A stretch of DNA of 64,000 bases from a virus. Taxonomy: Duplodnaviria; Caudoviricetes. A model generated the notes under the pieces. It had not been told where the DNA came from, did no database searches, and worked only from the letters and a program-made list of their open reading frames with translations. The stretch lies in IMG/VR virus record IMGVR_UViG_3300020331_000002; one strand, given 5' to 3'. The position numbers and the translations under genes are program-made. Positions 18,797 to 27,890 of the stretch are shown piece after piece (positions within the stretch are counted from its first letter, which is position 1; every line of letters begins with the position of its first letter).

Positions 18797-19231
18797 TTAT
18801 TCTCCGGTTTCTTCTTGTTCTTCTTGTTCTTGTTCCTTCGACTGTTCGGCGTTGGAACGATCAACTGACATTAACAAGCCTTTGAGCTTAGAAGCAACGA
18901 CACCTATTTGTGCAAATTCTTCTAGCTGGAACGCACCTCTGTTCGCAGCCAAAGACAGCGCTTCAAGTAATATTCTCAAGTCAGCTACTGTTAACGAAGC
19001 TTGGTGTTGACTAACGGCAGCGGCTTGTGCAGGCGCATCATTAGACGTTTGTGTTTCTAGCGCCGCGGTTAAGTCGGAAATCATCACCTTAATATCTTTA
19101 AGGCGGAGTTTCTCCGTGCCGTTTACTGTGTATTGACCACCTTTAAAAATTTCAATACTGGGTTCTTCACCATGAACTTGCTTGTATAGATCACTGAACT
19201 CGGCGATAATTTTCTCAGATTGTTTTGACAT
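18797..19231 (-). CDS. Hypothetical protein with conserved C-terminal LTVADL..AANRGAF..E motif
   Basis: 144-aa ORF; GTAAATA at 19271-19277 upstream. Confidence 0.72.
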   Translation of the reverse strand: MSKQSEKIIAEFSDLYKQVHGEEPSIEIFKGGQYTVNGTEKLRLKDIKVMISDLTAALETQTSNDAPAQAAAVSQHQASLTVADLRILLEALSLAANRGAFQLEEFAQIGVVASKLKGLLMSVDRSNAEQSKEQEQEEQEETGE

Positions 19232-19299
19232 TTTATATTTCTCACTGTGAATATGTTTTGTTGTATGTGTTATTTACGCGATGCGTTTTTCAGGGCATG

Positions 19300-19322
19300 A
19301 AAAAGCCGCTCAAAAGCGGCTT
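19300..19322 (-). terminator. Intrinsic terminator after the VWA gene
   Basis: AAGCCGCT-TTTG-AGCGGCTT followed by TTTC on the minus strand. Confidence 0.8.
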
Positions 19323-19366
19323 GCAAAAATGTGTAACATTTTAAAATGTTACTAGATCTTGTAACA

Positions 19367-20803
19367 TTATTTCTTGGTACTGTCGTACCATACTGTTTTG
19401 CCGAACGGTGCTTCGATATTATGCTCCGGATCGTCACAGATCAACCAAATAGTCTCACAGTACTTCGGGTCGCCCCAGCTGCCGTACGGGTAGCCGTCAG
19501 TAGCAACAAGCAGGATCTTAGGTACTTCACGCTCACGCTTCAAATAATCGAAGATTGATGTAAAGCTGGTACCACCACAGCCCACGAACTCAACTTTTTC
19601 TACATCAGCGATGTTGTTACGTGTAAAGTGGAAAATATTACGCGAATCAACTTCATCATCAAACGCAAACACCTTCAAGCTAATTTGACTAAACTGAGAA
19701 AGCATGCCTTTAACTTCTGAAAGGAACTCGTTAAGGTTGCGTTGACTAATTGATCCTGAGTTGTCAATCGCAATTACTACTTCAACCTCATCGTCATACT
19801 CTTGCCCGGGTAGTACAAATGTACCGCGTCCAAATTGACGTCTATTAGGGCGAGCGTATGTGTGTAAGTTGCGGATATAACCTTTAGTGCGAGCCATAAA
19901 GTATTGTTTCCAATTCACTTGCGGCTTTCTCAAGTCACGCACAAAACGACGCACGTTGCCAGGAACGTTGCCTGCTCCTTTGCCTTGTGTCATATCAGCG
20001 TTGTCGTGTGCCTGTTGTACAGCACCAACGATCTCGCGTTGCAATTCTTGAATCTCGGCACGGGTTAATTTGTTGCCTTTACCGTCACCTTCTTGATCGC
20101 CGTCTTTGGAGTCGCCTGACTGGCTTTCTGCGTGATCGTCAAGTGTTGAACCGTAAGCTTCTCTGAGCAACTGTTCTAGTTCTTCACGCGTAATTTGCTG
20201 TGAGCCTTCATCACTACCATCACCGCCGTCGCCGCCTTGGCCGCCGCCTTGGCCGCCGCCGGGTACTTTCAACCCTCCGCCTTGGCCTGAGCCAGATTCA
20301 TCAACGTCAATGCCGTGCTCGTTCTTCAGTTCATCTTTTAACAAGTCATAAACTTGCTCTGAAGTCATGCCACTATACTTAGGGTCATACAAGCCAGTTG
20401 TTTCACCGTTAATAGTAGGTAGCGAGGTACCAAAGATTGTTGAGTTGAGTTCAATCATCTCACCATTAATAACATAGTCGGTTGCCCAACCCCATAACGT
20501 GTGGTTGCGATTACCCACGCGAGCAATACCACCGTGTTCGTATACGTTATGCATGATTTCATGGCCAATAACAAACGTTACGCCTTTTTGGTCATCAATT
20601 GACTCAGTCCACTTTTCGTTGAACTTAACCCATCGGCCGTTTGTTGCCATAGTATGAATGCGCGGGTCATCACCGGGCACTTGAGAAAATGCTAAGCGGC
20701 TAACTAATACACCGAAAAACGGTTCGCTTAACATGATGTTTACTACGGCCTGCTTGACTCGAAACTTCGCGTCATGCTTGTCTTTACTAAACGGGTTTCT
20801 CAT
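19367..20803 (-). CDS. Metallopeptidase-like (HExxH) plus VWA-like domain protein
   Basis: TMATNG, GHEIMHN, WATDYVIN; Gly/Gln linker; VIAIDNSGSI (DxSGS MIDAS), GGTSF, TDGY. Confidence 0.88.
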   Translation of the reverse strand: MRNPFSKDKHDAKFRVKQAVVNIMLSEPFFGVLVSRLAFSQVPGDDPRIHTMATNGRWVKFNEKWTESIDDQKGVTFVIGHEIMHNVYEHGGIARVGNRNHTLWGWATDYVINGEMIELNSTIFGTSLPTINGETTGLYDPKYSGMTSEQVYDLLKDELKNEHGIDVDESGSGQGGGLKVPGGGQGGGQGGDGGDGSDEGSQQITREELEQLLREAYGSTLDDHAESQSGDSKDGDQEGDGKGNKLTRAEIQELQREIVGAVQQAHDNADMTQGKGAGNVPGNVRRFVRDLRKPQVNWKQYFMARTKGYIRNLHTYARPNRRQFGRGTFVLPGQEYDDEVEVVIAIDNSGSISQRNLNEFLSEVKGMLSQFSQISLKVFAFDDEVDSRNIFHFTRNNIADVEKVEFVGCGGTSFTSIFDYLKREREVPKILLVATDGYPYGSWGDPKYCETIWLICDDPEHNIEAPFGKTVWYDSTKK

Positions 20804-20897
20804 AATCTTAAACCTTATTTGTTATTAAGTACGTCGAATATAACAAAGGCAACCAAAGTAGTAAACACTTCTGGTCACTTTTTATATTTTTTTTATT

Positions 20898-21191
20898 TTA
20901 CTCGTCGTTTCCGCAGTGAACACAAATATATGAGCGGTGTGTTGGTTTCTTGCAAGCTCTGCAACGCGCAGTGGGAACAAAAGCGTCGACTAGGGTGCGC
21001 AGAAGCTCGTTTTCTTCGCGTAGCGACTTCAATTCGTTTTCCAAGTCGCTGTTAGCTCGAGCGGGCGAGGCATCCGTTGTTGGTGCCTGCGGCGCTTGGA
21101 GATCTTCTAGCTCAGCAATCTTTGTTTTCATCTGCTCAAGACATGTGGTAGTTGCTGCGTTGAGCTCGCGTAACTTCTTTAAATATTCCAT
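20898..21191 (-). CDS. Coiled-coil protein with C-terminal Zn ribbon
   Basis: Start trimmed to ATG 21191 (RBS GAGGA); CRAC..CVHC. Confidence 0.65.
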   Translation of the reverse strand: MEYLKKLRELNAATTTCLEQMKTKIAELEDLQAPQAPTTDASPARANSDLENELKSLREENELLRTLVDAFVPTARCRACKKPTHRSYICVHCGNDE

Positions 21192-21192
21192 T

Positions 21193-21444
21193 TTATTCCT
21201 CGTCAGCAAACGTAACACAAAGCAACTTGTCACCGCACCATGCGTGAGCTGTGGCTTCTTCTAGCGCTGTATCAGTTGTGTGAGTTACTAAGTCCGCTGG
21301 TATATCGAACGTAGCTAGTAGGGTTTCTGCGGCGCTGCGCCAGTTGTTGGTTGCAGCCATATCGAAAGTACATTTGAGTTTCGAAAAGCTATGCTCTAGA
21401 ACTTCAACAGTAACAACGGGACGAGTAAATTTTTCAGTAACCAT
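21193..21444 (-). CDS. Small hypothetical protein
   Basis: Start trimmed to ATG 21444 (RBS AAGGAG). Confidence 0.6.
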   Translation of the reverse strand: MVTEKFTRPVVTVEVLEHSFSKLKCTFDMAATNNWRSAAETLLATFDIPADLVTHTTDTALEEATAHAWCGDKLLCVTFADEE

Positions 21445-21475
21445 AATATTATGCTCCTTAGTCAGCAGGGAGGCC

Positions 21476-22687
21476 TTATGCCTCCGCTCCTTTGTTTGCT
21501 TTTTTCTCTTCAAGCAGGAATCTGAACTTAGCTTCACGACGCATCAAGCTGTACACCGCGCTCTTTTTCCACGCGTTCGGGTTGCGGCGCGCTAGTCCGC
21601 CAATTTTAAGCGCTGTTCGGATACTAACTTCATCCAAGTCATGCATATACACATTCAGGAAGTCAACGATTTCTTGCTTCATTTCGTCGTTCAACTCTAA
21701 ACGGTTCTTCTCAAACAGGCCTGTACTAACAAGGCTTTTAATTCTGCGAATTTTATCTTCAACTGTACCGATTTCCAAATCATAGTACAAGCTTCTTGAC
21801 TTAAGTGCATCCAAGTGAGGTTTAATACGCACGCTACGAACACGATCAAAGTCAAGGTTAGAGATAAATATCACACTACCGCAGAAGTCAAACTGTCTCG
21901 GAACGCCCTCTTCTTCAAGGATACGTGACTCAGCCATCCAGCTAATTGTACGTTTATGGTCAGTATCAAGCGCCGCTTTTAAAATGTTTAGGCTAACGTC
22001 GTCATAAAACAAAGTATCACAGTCATCAAACACCAATACTTGGCCTTTGTCTCTGTACTGAAATAGCTCTTGATAAAGCGCTATCGGGGTAATTGTGCCT
22101 TTAATAACGCGATATGTGCGTTCTTCAGAACCAAACGGGTTGGTTGCTGTGTGGTCACCTGTCAGGAACATGCCGTTCGTGCACAAAAAGCGATAATACT
22201 CTTTGGCCACCGCGTTCACTAAGTGGCTTTTACCAATACCTGCCGGGCCACTAATAATCATGCTTGACACGTCACCTTCACACACTGACCAAGCAATGTC
22301 GCGTAATATATCAAAGCTCTGTTCAATACGCTCTAGAGCTTCTTCTTCAGTTTCAGAGTTACGGTATGCTAGCTCGTAACTTGTTTCGTCGCATGCTTCG
22401 CCAACCGCTTCAGCGATCGCTGTTTTCTGCGCTTGTGCTTTTTTAGCGTCTTTCATTGCTTTGCTTTGCAAAGTAATTGTTTCACCGTCATATTCTTCTA
22501 AAAACTCGAAGTTTTCAACGTCGTCAGAAAAAACACGCTTGCCTTTCTTTTGCATTGGAACAGGAACAGTAACGTAATATGAATTTTTAACAGGAAGAAA
22601 AGTTGCAGAATTAGAGGTAGTTTCTAAAACACCGTTTAGTTCAGAATCGCCAGTAGTAGTCCAGCCATCAACAATACGTACAAACAT
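21476..22687 (-). CDS. AAA+ ATPase with N-terminal extension
   Basis: SGPAGIGKS (Walker A), LVFDDCD (Walker B), LKAALD, VIFISN, ALKSRS (Arg finger). Confidence 0.85.
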   Translation of the reverse strand: MFVRIVDGWTTTGDSELNGVLETTSNSATFLPVKNSYYVTVPVPMQKKGKRVFSDDVENFEFLEEYDGETITLQSKAMKDAKKAQAQKTAIAEAVGEACDETSYELAYRNSETEEEALERIEQSFDILRDIAWSVCEGDVSSMIISGPAGIGKSHLVNAVAKEYYRFLCTNGMFLTGDHTATNPFGSEERTYRVIKGTITPIALYQELFQYRDKGQVLVFDDCDTLFYDDVSLNILKAALDTDHKRTISWMAESRILEEEGVPRQFDFCGSVIFISNLDFDRVRSVRIKPHLDALKSRSLYYDLEIGTVEDKIRRIKSLVSTGLFEKNRLELNDEMKQEIVDFLNVYMHDLDEVSIRTALKIGGLARRNPNAWKKSAVYSLMRREAKFRFLLEEKKANKGAEA

Positions 22688-22744
22688 AATTTCACCTTTA
22701 AATTCTGCGTTACTGCCTAATTGCTGTAACGCGTCAATATCTTA

Positions 22745-22773
22745 ATAGTAGACTATTAGGTGGTTGGTAGCAA
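22745..22773 (-). promoter_or_regulatory. Sigma70-type promoter
   Basis: TTGCTA-N17-TACTAT on the minus strand. Confidence 0.6.
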
Positions 22774-22811
22774 GAAAAGATTAAAAGAAAAGTGAAGTTT
22801 TTTTCAAACAT

Positions 22812-22838
22812 AAAAAAAGGCTGCAATATTGCAGCCTT
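22812..22838 (-). terminator. Intrinsic terminator after the MoxR gene
   Basis: AAGGCTGCAA/TTGCAGCCTT stem followed by a T-run on the minus strand. Confidence 0.85.
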
Positions 22839-22873
22839 CAAAGGGTAGGGCGTAGCCGCCCTTGTCAGAAATC

Positions 22874-24010
22874 TTAAGCTAAGCCAAGCATTGGGCCGTA
22901 CTCAGTAATAAATTTCGCAAAGTTCTTGTTTTGGGGCGGTACAATTTGTTCGCGGTTTGCCGCTGTCATGTACTTCGCTCTCCAGCGTCTGATTAGTGAA
23001 CTAACAGTAAAGAACGTCATTTCTGAAGTACAGAACTTTTCACAGAACTCGTATAAGTTGTCGAACATGACACTTGTGTTAGTGTTACCGATGCCCGTTT
23101 CCTTTTTGTCCTTGTCGTACTGCTCAATCATCTCAAGCACAGCACCGTAAGTCAAGCTATAAAACGCTGATTGCTTTTCGATTTTTAAGTTCTTGTCGTA
23201 GTTGCCTTCAAGGATTTGTCGCGGAGTCGGTAGCGAGCTAATATACTCCATGTGCACAACAAACTCGTTCGCAATACCGTCACCGACAGCACCGGCAACC
23301 ATCAAGTCAAGTGTTTCGTTGTCAGCTTCACCTTTTAGTAGGATGTCGCTAACCACTTCCCATGAACGCGGTGTTGCAAAGCTGTACGACTCGTTTTTAA
23401 GCGCTTCGTCAAATGTGTTCAAGTGGCTCTTACGGTGCATCAAGTAAGCAATAACCTCACGTGCCAAGCCGTTTTCGATTGCCCATTCTTGCCATTCTTC
23501 GAAGTTAACTTCAAGATTTACAAAGATAAAGCGGTTACGTAGCGGCATAGCCATGTCGAAAGTAGCGCCGCGATCTTCTGTTCTGTTACCGGCAGCAACA
23601 ATGTCAACACCCGGCGGAAGTTCGTAATCACCTAACTTGCGATCAAGTACTAGCTGATAAGCTGCCGACTGTACAAGAGGCGGTGCAGTGTTAAGCTCGT
23701 CAAGGAAAATAATAGCGTTCGCTAGTTTTTCGTTAGTAGGAAGCGTTGACGGCTCTGCCCATTCCATCTTTTTAGTTTCTGGGTCAAAGTAAGGTACACC
23801 ACGAATATCGGTGCTGTCAAACTGTGCCAAGCGCATGTCAATTACCGGACGGTTTGAGCGGTTTGCAATTTGTGCAATAATTTGAGATTTACCTACGCCA
23901 GGCTGTCCCATAATCATAATAGAACGCTTGATACGGAATGCTGTTTCAACGCACTTAACAAGTGATTTCGGCGTTGCTTTGCGTGCGGTGTCTATACTAT
24001 TCTCTGACAT
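22874..24010 (-). CDS. MoxR-like AAA+ ATPase
   Basis: GQPGVGKSQ, DIRGVP, IIFLDELNTA, VAAGNR, PLRNRF, TPRSWE. Confidence 0.88.
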   Translation of the reverse strand: MSENSIDTARKATPKSLVKCVETAFRIKRSIMIMGQPGVGKSQIIAQIANRSNRPVIDMRLAQFDSTDIRGVPYFDPETKKMEWAEPSTLPTNEKLANAIIFLDELNTAPPLVQSAAYQLVLDRKLGDYELPPGVDIVAAGNRTEDRGATFDMAMPLRNRFIFVNLEVNFEEWQEWAIENGLAREVIAYLMHRKSHLNTFDEALKNESYSFATPRSWEVVSDILLKGEADNETLDLMVAGAVGDGIANEFVVHMEYISSLPTPRQILEGNYDKNLKIEKQSAFYSLTYGAVLEMIEQYDKDKKETGIGNTNTSVMFDNLYEFCEKFCTSEMTFFTVSSLIRRWRAKYMTAANREQIVPPQNKNFAKFITEYGPMLGLA

Positions 24011-24052
24011 TTTCTAACCCTTTTTAATGTTGGTTTGTTTAAGACAGTACCT

Positions 24053-24080
24053 AGTATAGACATCCATATTTTTTTGTCAA
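24053..24080 (-). promoter_or_regulatory. Sigma70-type promoter
   Basis: TTGACA-N16-TATACT with an A-rich upstream region. Confidence 0.72.
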
Positions 24081-24104
24081 CTAGTTTTTCTATTTTTTTA
24101 AAAA

Positions 24105-27100
24105 TTATTTTTTGTCGACACTCCCGTCTATATTGATTACGAACTGATCACTGTTAATTGGGTTGTCTATCTGCTTAAGTACACCCAAGTCGCCAGGTAT
24201 TGTTCTATCTACTCTCAATTCCCATACCTCTGTATCGAAGTTATAAACGTAAACTTGGTCAGTTTGCACTACATATACAGTGCCTTGGTCAAAAGCGCCT
24301 TCTAAATATATGTTGGACCAAGTACTCTTTGGCTGGCTGCGGTTCGCATATCCATAACTATGTGGCTCATTTCCTACCCATGCTAATTCCGGGTATTCTT
24401 CAGTGTTAACTTCTATTAGTGAGTTAGGATTATCCTTGGGATCACCGTTTGGATTGCCGCGCGTTGTTACCCACATACGTATAATAGGACCGTCACGTTC
24501 TATACGACAGCGCCTTGCACTGGGACGCCACTCGTTTATCCCGTTATGTGTAGCAGTATAAGTCGCTCTAATAGTAAGCGGCGCTTCTACCAAGTCATCA
24601 GGGTTTGCCGCATTTGATCGAGTATACACAAAAGCCCAACCGGTGGCCAAGCTCATGCCTCTATAGCCAGCGCCGTTTTGTGTATTAAATGCGAGTATGG
24701 CATGGTTAACTGAGCCTTCACGCTTAAAGGCAGCAATCATATCAATCTCGTCGTCATCGTTGTGGTCAGAAGAAAGAGTAGCCTCAAAAGTCAAGCTACT
24801 TGTTTTATCCGGACTAACAAAGCCAGTCAAGTTAGGGTGGTTCTCTGTTCCGATTATTTGCTCAAGCGATGCGTCATAATAATATGAGTCGGCGCCGTTA
24901 GCCGCAGCGGTGCCGCCAGGATAGAAGTGACCGTTAGAAAAACGGTCCCAATTGTTGAACACCTCAGCCGGAGTAGGCGCGTTGTAATCGCGCATGTACG
25001 CTTGAGCTTCAGATAATGTTTCGAACATAAGAGCTTGTTGAATAGGTAACACCGCTGCTGAAATTGTAACTATACCTTCATGATTGGAAGCCAACATCCT
25101 TTCTTCTAAGTTTGTTATAGCCACACGGAACTGTTCTTCTGTTTCGGTAACGTTGTCGCGCAACACACGAACGGATATATTCTTAACGCTGTCACCTTCA
25201 TTAAACGTTACTGACGCATTAGTCACATTGAAGTCCGGTTCAAGCACGGTGTTGTAGTTCTCAATCTCTGCTGTATTTGACAACCCAGCATGACTACCTG
25301 TCAACTGCTCTAGCCCGTCTATAATAGGGTTGCCACCGTATGTTGCTCGATAGTTGTCAAAGTTAGTAGCGACAAGTGAGCGGTGCACGCTGCCCTTAAA
25401 GTTAGCATAAAACCTACGAGCAAGGTTATTGGCGTTGGCAACGTACCCGGATGATCCTGTGTCATTCCCGTTAGACGTCACTATATACAGACCCACTTTA
25501 TCACGACGAACGGCACTTTCAATAGCATCACCTAGTAAACTAGATATGTTGCCAGGGTAATCCTGCGACAAGCTACTAACGAAAATAATTGCACCATAGT
25601 CAGTAAGCGTGGTTGAATCCACTTCACTAATATATTTGGTGTTCACTGTATAACCGGCTTCGTTTAACAAATTGCGCATAGCTTTGCCATATGACGTACC
25701 CGATGTAGAATCCTTTACACTCAGCGAGCTTTCATTATCACCAAGTATAAGTACGTTGGATTTGCCAGTGCCGTATGTTAGGAAATCCATAATATTCCTA
25801 AACATTTTGTATTCAACAGTGTTGTTCGAAGGACGGTTATCCCATGTATTGTTCCTGTACTTTTGCACAGACGGATCAAACACAACTTTAATATCGCTGA
25901 AGTCACAATACATTAACCCAGTTCTTCCCGAGGTGTCACTAAATGCTTCTAACGGGCGAGATTCTGTACTGTTAGACCTAGCCGTTTCATCTACGGTAGC
26001 GTAATTAACAGTTATATTACGTCCCTCGACAGGCTCACTCGCAATTATCTGCAAGTCAACGTCAATATACGCACTATCTTCTGGTTCCGACACAGTGGCT
26101 GATGTGATACGGAACTTAGGATAGTTAACAAGGTTTCGTATTGTTAAGGTTGCGTTGCCGTCAACTACTTCTCCGGTGTCATTATCTGTTACTGCTAAAT
26201 TAATAGTTACTTCAGTATCATCCGGCACATCAAAAGTAGTAAGAAGCGCGTTTAATAAGTGCGGGGCTGATATGCTGTAAAAACTATTGCCAGATACTTG
26301 GCTCCACTGGTAGCTAAAATTACCGCTGCCGCCCGTAATAACCGGCACCAATCCAAGACCTGCGTCTTGTTGATTCTCATCCACTGACATTGAGTTCATA
26401 CGCAGAGATAGCCGTCCGCGTGTGTCGATCACATTTATAGTCGACTCTGCTAGGTACTCTTCCCATGAATACAAATCAATAACGCGCACTTGCAACACCA
26501 GGGACTCATTCTGGTAAAATACAGGGTTGGTGCCTGCGTTCAATACGGCCGAGAGTTGGTCAGGATCTGTTATAGTAAGGTCCATGCCGGGCTCACTCGT
26601 ACTCAAAATCCTCCATGCATAGTTAAACGCTTCAGATCCACCAGTAACAGTAACCAAATTTGACAGGTTTAGCGACGAGCGGTGATCCATAGTTGCGCCT
26701 TCCAACGTAACTACGGCTTCTGATACCTCGTAACCGTCTTGTTCATCTAAGTGCGTAACAACCGTATACTCTGGCTTAGAGTCAGTCATGTCAATATTAG
26801 CCACACTATACGAGTGGTCAACATTTATTCTGAACTCGCCACCTATCGGTTGCGTCTCCGGGTCACTATGACATAACACTCTAAACGAAACAAAGTTAGC
26901 CTGGACTGCCGTCTGTAGCGCGTTCAGTTGTATACCAGGATCGCCCGGGCCAAATTTGGCTTGGACTTCAATGCGATTGGAGGTACCCGCGTCGTAATAT
27001 CCGCTTGGTAAACTATACTCGTATACAGTTTGATACTCGTTAGTCAGGTCATAAAATCCCAGTATATTACCTGTGCCCACGTTGTTCTCAGAAGACATGC

Positions 27101-27890
27101 CATACACAGTGAACTTGAGCGCGCCTACGTTATCAACTAGCGTTTGCCACTTTGCATTTTCTGCAGGGTCTCCCGGCGGTGCACCCTCAAGCGGATCAGT
27201 GTCGTAATAGCTAGGCGCATCGTATGAATTGGGTTCAGTATAAGTAGGCGTAACAATAATACTTGACCCGGCGTTAAAGAAATACCTAGCCAGATTATAC
27301 TCATCCCAGACGGCCTCGAACTCAAATTCCAAACTTTCAGACCATAACTTTGTACGAGTACTAGACGCGCCGAACCCATCAACTGTGGTTAGCAAGTTGC
27401 CGGGTTCTACAGTAAAGCGCTTCGCAGCAATATTCTCCAAGAGCGCAGTAAGCGGTGATGCGGTGCGCTGATCGTGGGCGTAAATCAGATCGCCTTGTTG
27501 TATATCAGCAGGGAACGAATCCGTGATTGTTTGCCTTTCAGTTTCACTCAAGTTAATGTGATTAACTAACTTACGAATTATACCTGCAAGTGTACCCCAC
27601 TCTTGCTGAAACTTGTACTTGTAGTCAGCAGTAGACCCTGTCGTTGTGCCTGACACGAGGTCTGAAATATCACTTACTTCGCCCGAGCCGTCACTCGCAT
27701 TTTCAGGAGCAATGACATCTGAACGACCGTAACCAAAGCCACCGTCGTTTATGCCTGTTTCGCCCAGGTGACGATCGTTGTAAAGTTCGTTAACAATAAA
27801 CGCAAAGCCGTTATAGTCTTCAGCATCTATCGATCCGCCTTCTACATAAGACGCCATTAATTCTAAAATGTTATTTTTTGTTGCTGCCAT
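24105..27890 (-). CDS. Tail fibre/adhesin: shared N-module, 2 Ig-like repeats, split Calx-beta, lectin-like C-terminus
   Basis: GFGYG and RYFFNAG modules; TGGS..Y.W repeats; NYATVDETA...VTFNEG..KNISV Calx-beta halves. Confidence 0.75.
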   Translation of the reverse strand: MAATKNNILELMASYVEGGSIDAEDYNGFAFIVNELYNDRHLGETGINDGGFGYGRSDVIAPENASDGSGEVSDISDLVSGTTTGSTADYKYKFQQEWGTLAGIIRKLVNHINLSETERQTITDSFPADIQQGDLIYAHDQRTASPLTALLENIAAKRFTVEPGNLLTTVDGFGASSTRTKLWSESLEFEFEAVWDEYNLARYFFNAGSSIIVTPTYTEPNSYDAPSYYDTDPLEGAPPGDPAENAKWQTLVDNVGALKFTVYGMSSENNVGTGNILGFYDLTNEYQTVYEYSLPSGYYDAGTSNRIEVQAKFGPGDPGIQLNALQTAVQANFVSFRVLCHSDPETQPIGGEFRINVDHSYSVANIDMTDSKPEYTVVTHLDEQDGYEVSEAVVTLEGATMDHRSSLNLSNLVTVTGGSEAFNYAWRILSTSEPGMDLTITDPDQLSAVLNAGTNPVFYQNESLVLQVRVIDLYSWEEYLAESTINVIDTRGRLSLRMNSMSVDENQQDAGLGLVPVITGGSGNFSYQWSQVSGNSFYSISAPHLLNALLTTFDVPDDTEVTINLAVTDNDTGEVVDGNATLTIRNLVNYPKFRITSATVSEPEDSAYIDVDLQIIASEPVEGRNITVNYATVDETARSNSTESRPLEAFSDTSGRTGLMYCDFSDIKVVFDPSVQKYRNNTWDNRPSNNTVEYKMFRNIMDFLTYGTGKSNVLILGDNESSLSVKDSTSGTSYGKAMRNLLNEAGYTVNTKYISEVDSTTLTDYGAIIFVSSLSQDYPGNISSLLGDAIESAVRRDKVGLYIVTSNGNDTGSSGYVANANNLARRFYANFKGSVHRSLVATNFDNYRATYGGNPIIDGLEQLTGSHAGLSNTAEIENYNTVLEPDFNVTNASVTFNEGDSVKNISVRVLRDNVTETEEQFRVAITNLEERMLASNHEGIVTISAAVLPIQQALMFETLSEAQAYMRDYNAPTPAEVFNNWDRFSNGHFYPGGTAAANGADSYYYDASLEQIIGTENHPNLTGFVSPDKTSSLTFEATLSSDHNDDDEIDMIAAFKREGSVNHAILAFNTQNGAGYRGMSLATGWAFVYTRSNAANPDDLVEAPLTIRATYTATHNGINEWRPSARRCRIERDGPIIRMWVTTRGNPNGDPKDNPNSLIEVNTEEYPELAWVGNEPHSYGYANRSQPKSTWSNIYLEGAFDQGTVYVVQTDQVYVYNFDTEVWELRVDRTIPGDLGVLKQIDNPINSDQFVINIDGSVDKK

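Noticed and set aside
18810-18840. TTCTTG microrepeat
   Set aside because: It encodes an EQEQEEQEE acidic tail; the ORF-track extension MIVPTPNSRRNKNKK in another frame is an artefact.
20220-20290. GC-rich short tandem repeat CCGCCTTGG
   Set aside because: It encodes the GGQGGG linker of the VWA protein; ordinary low-complexity coding sequence.
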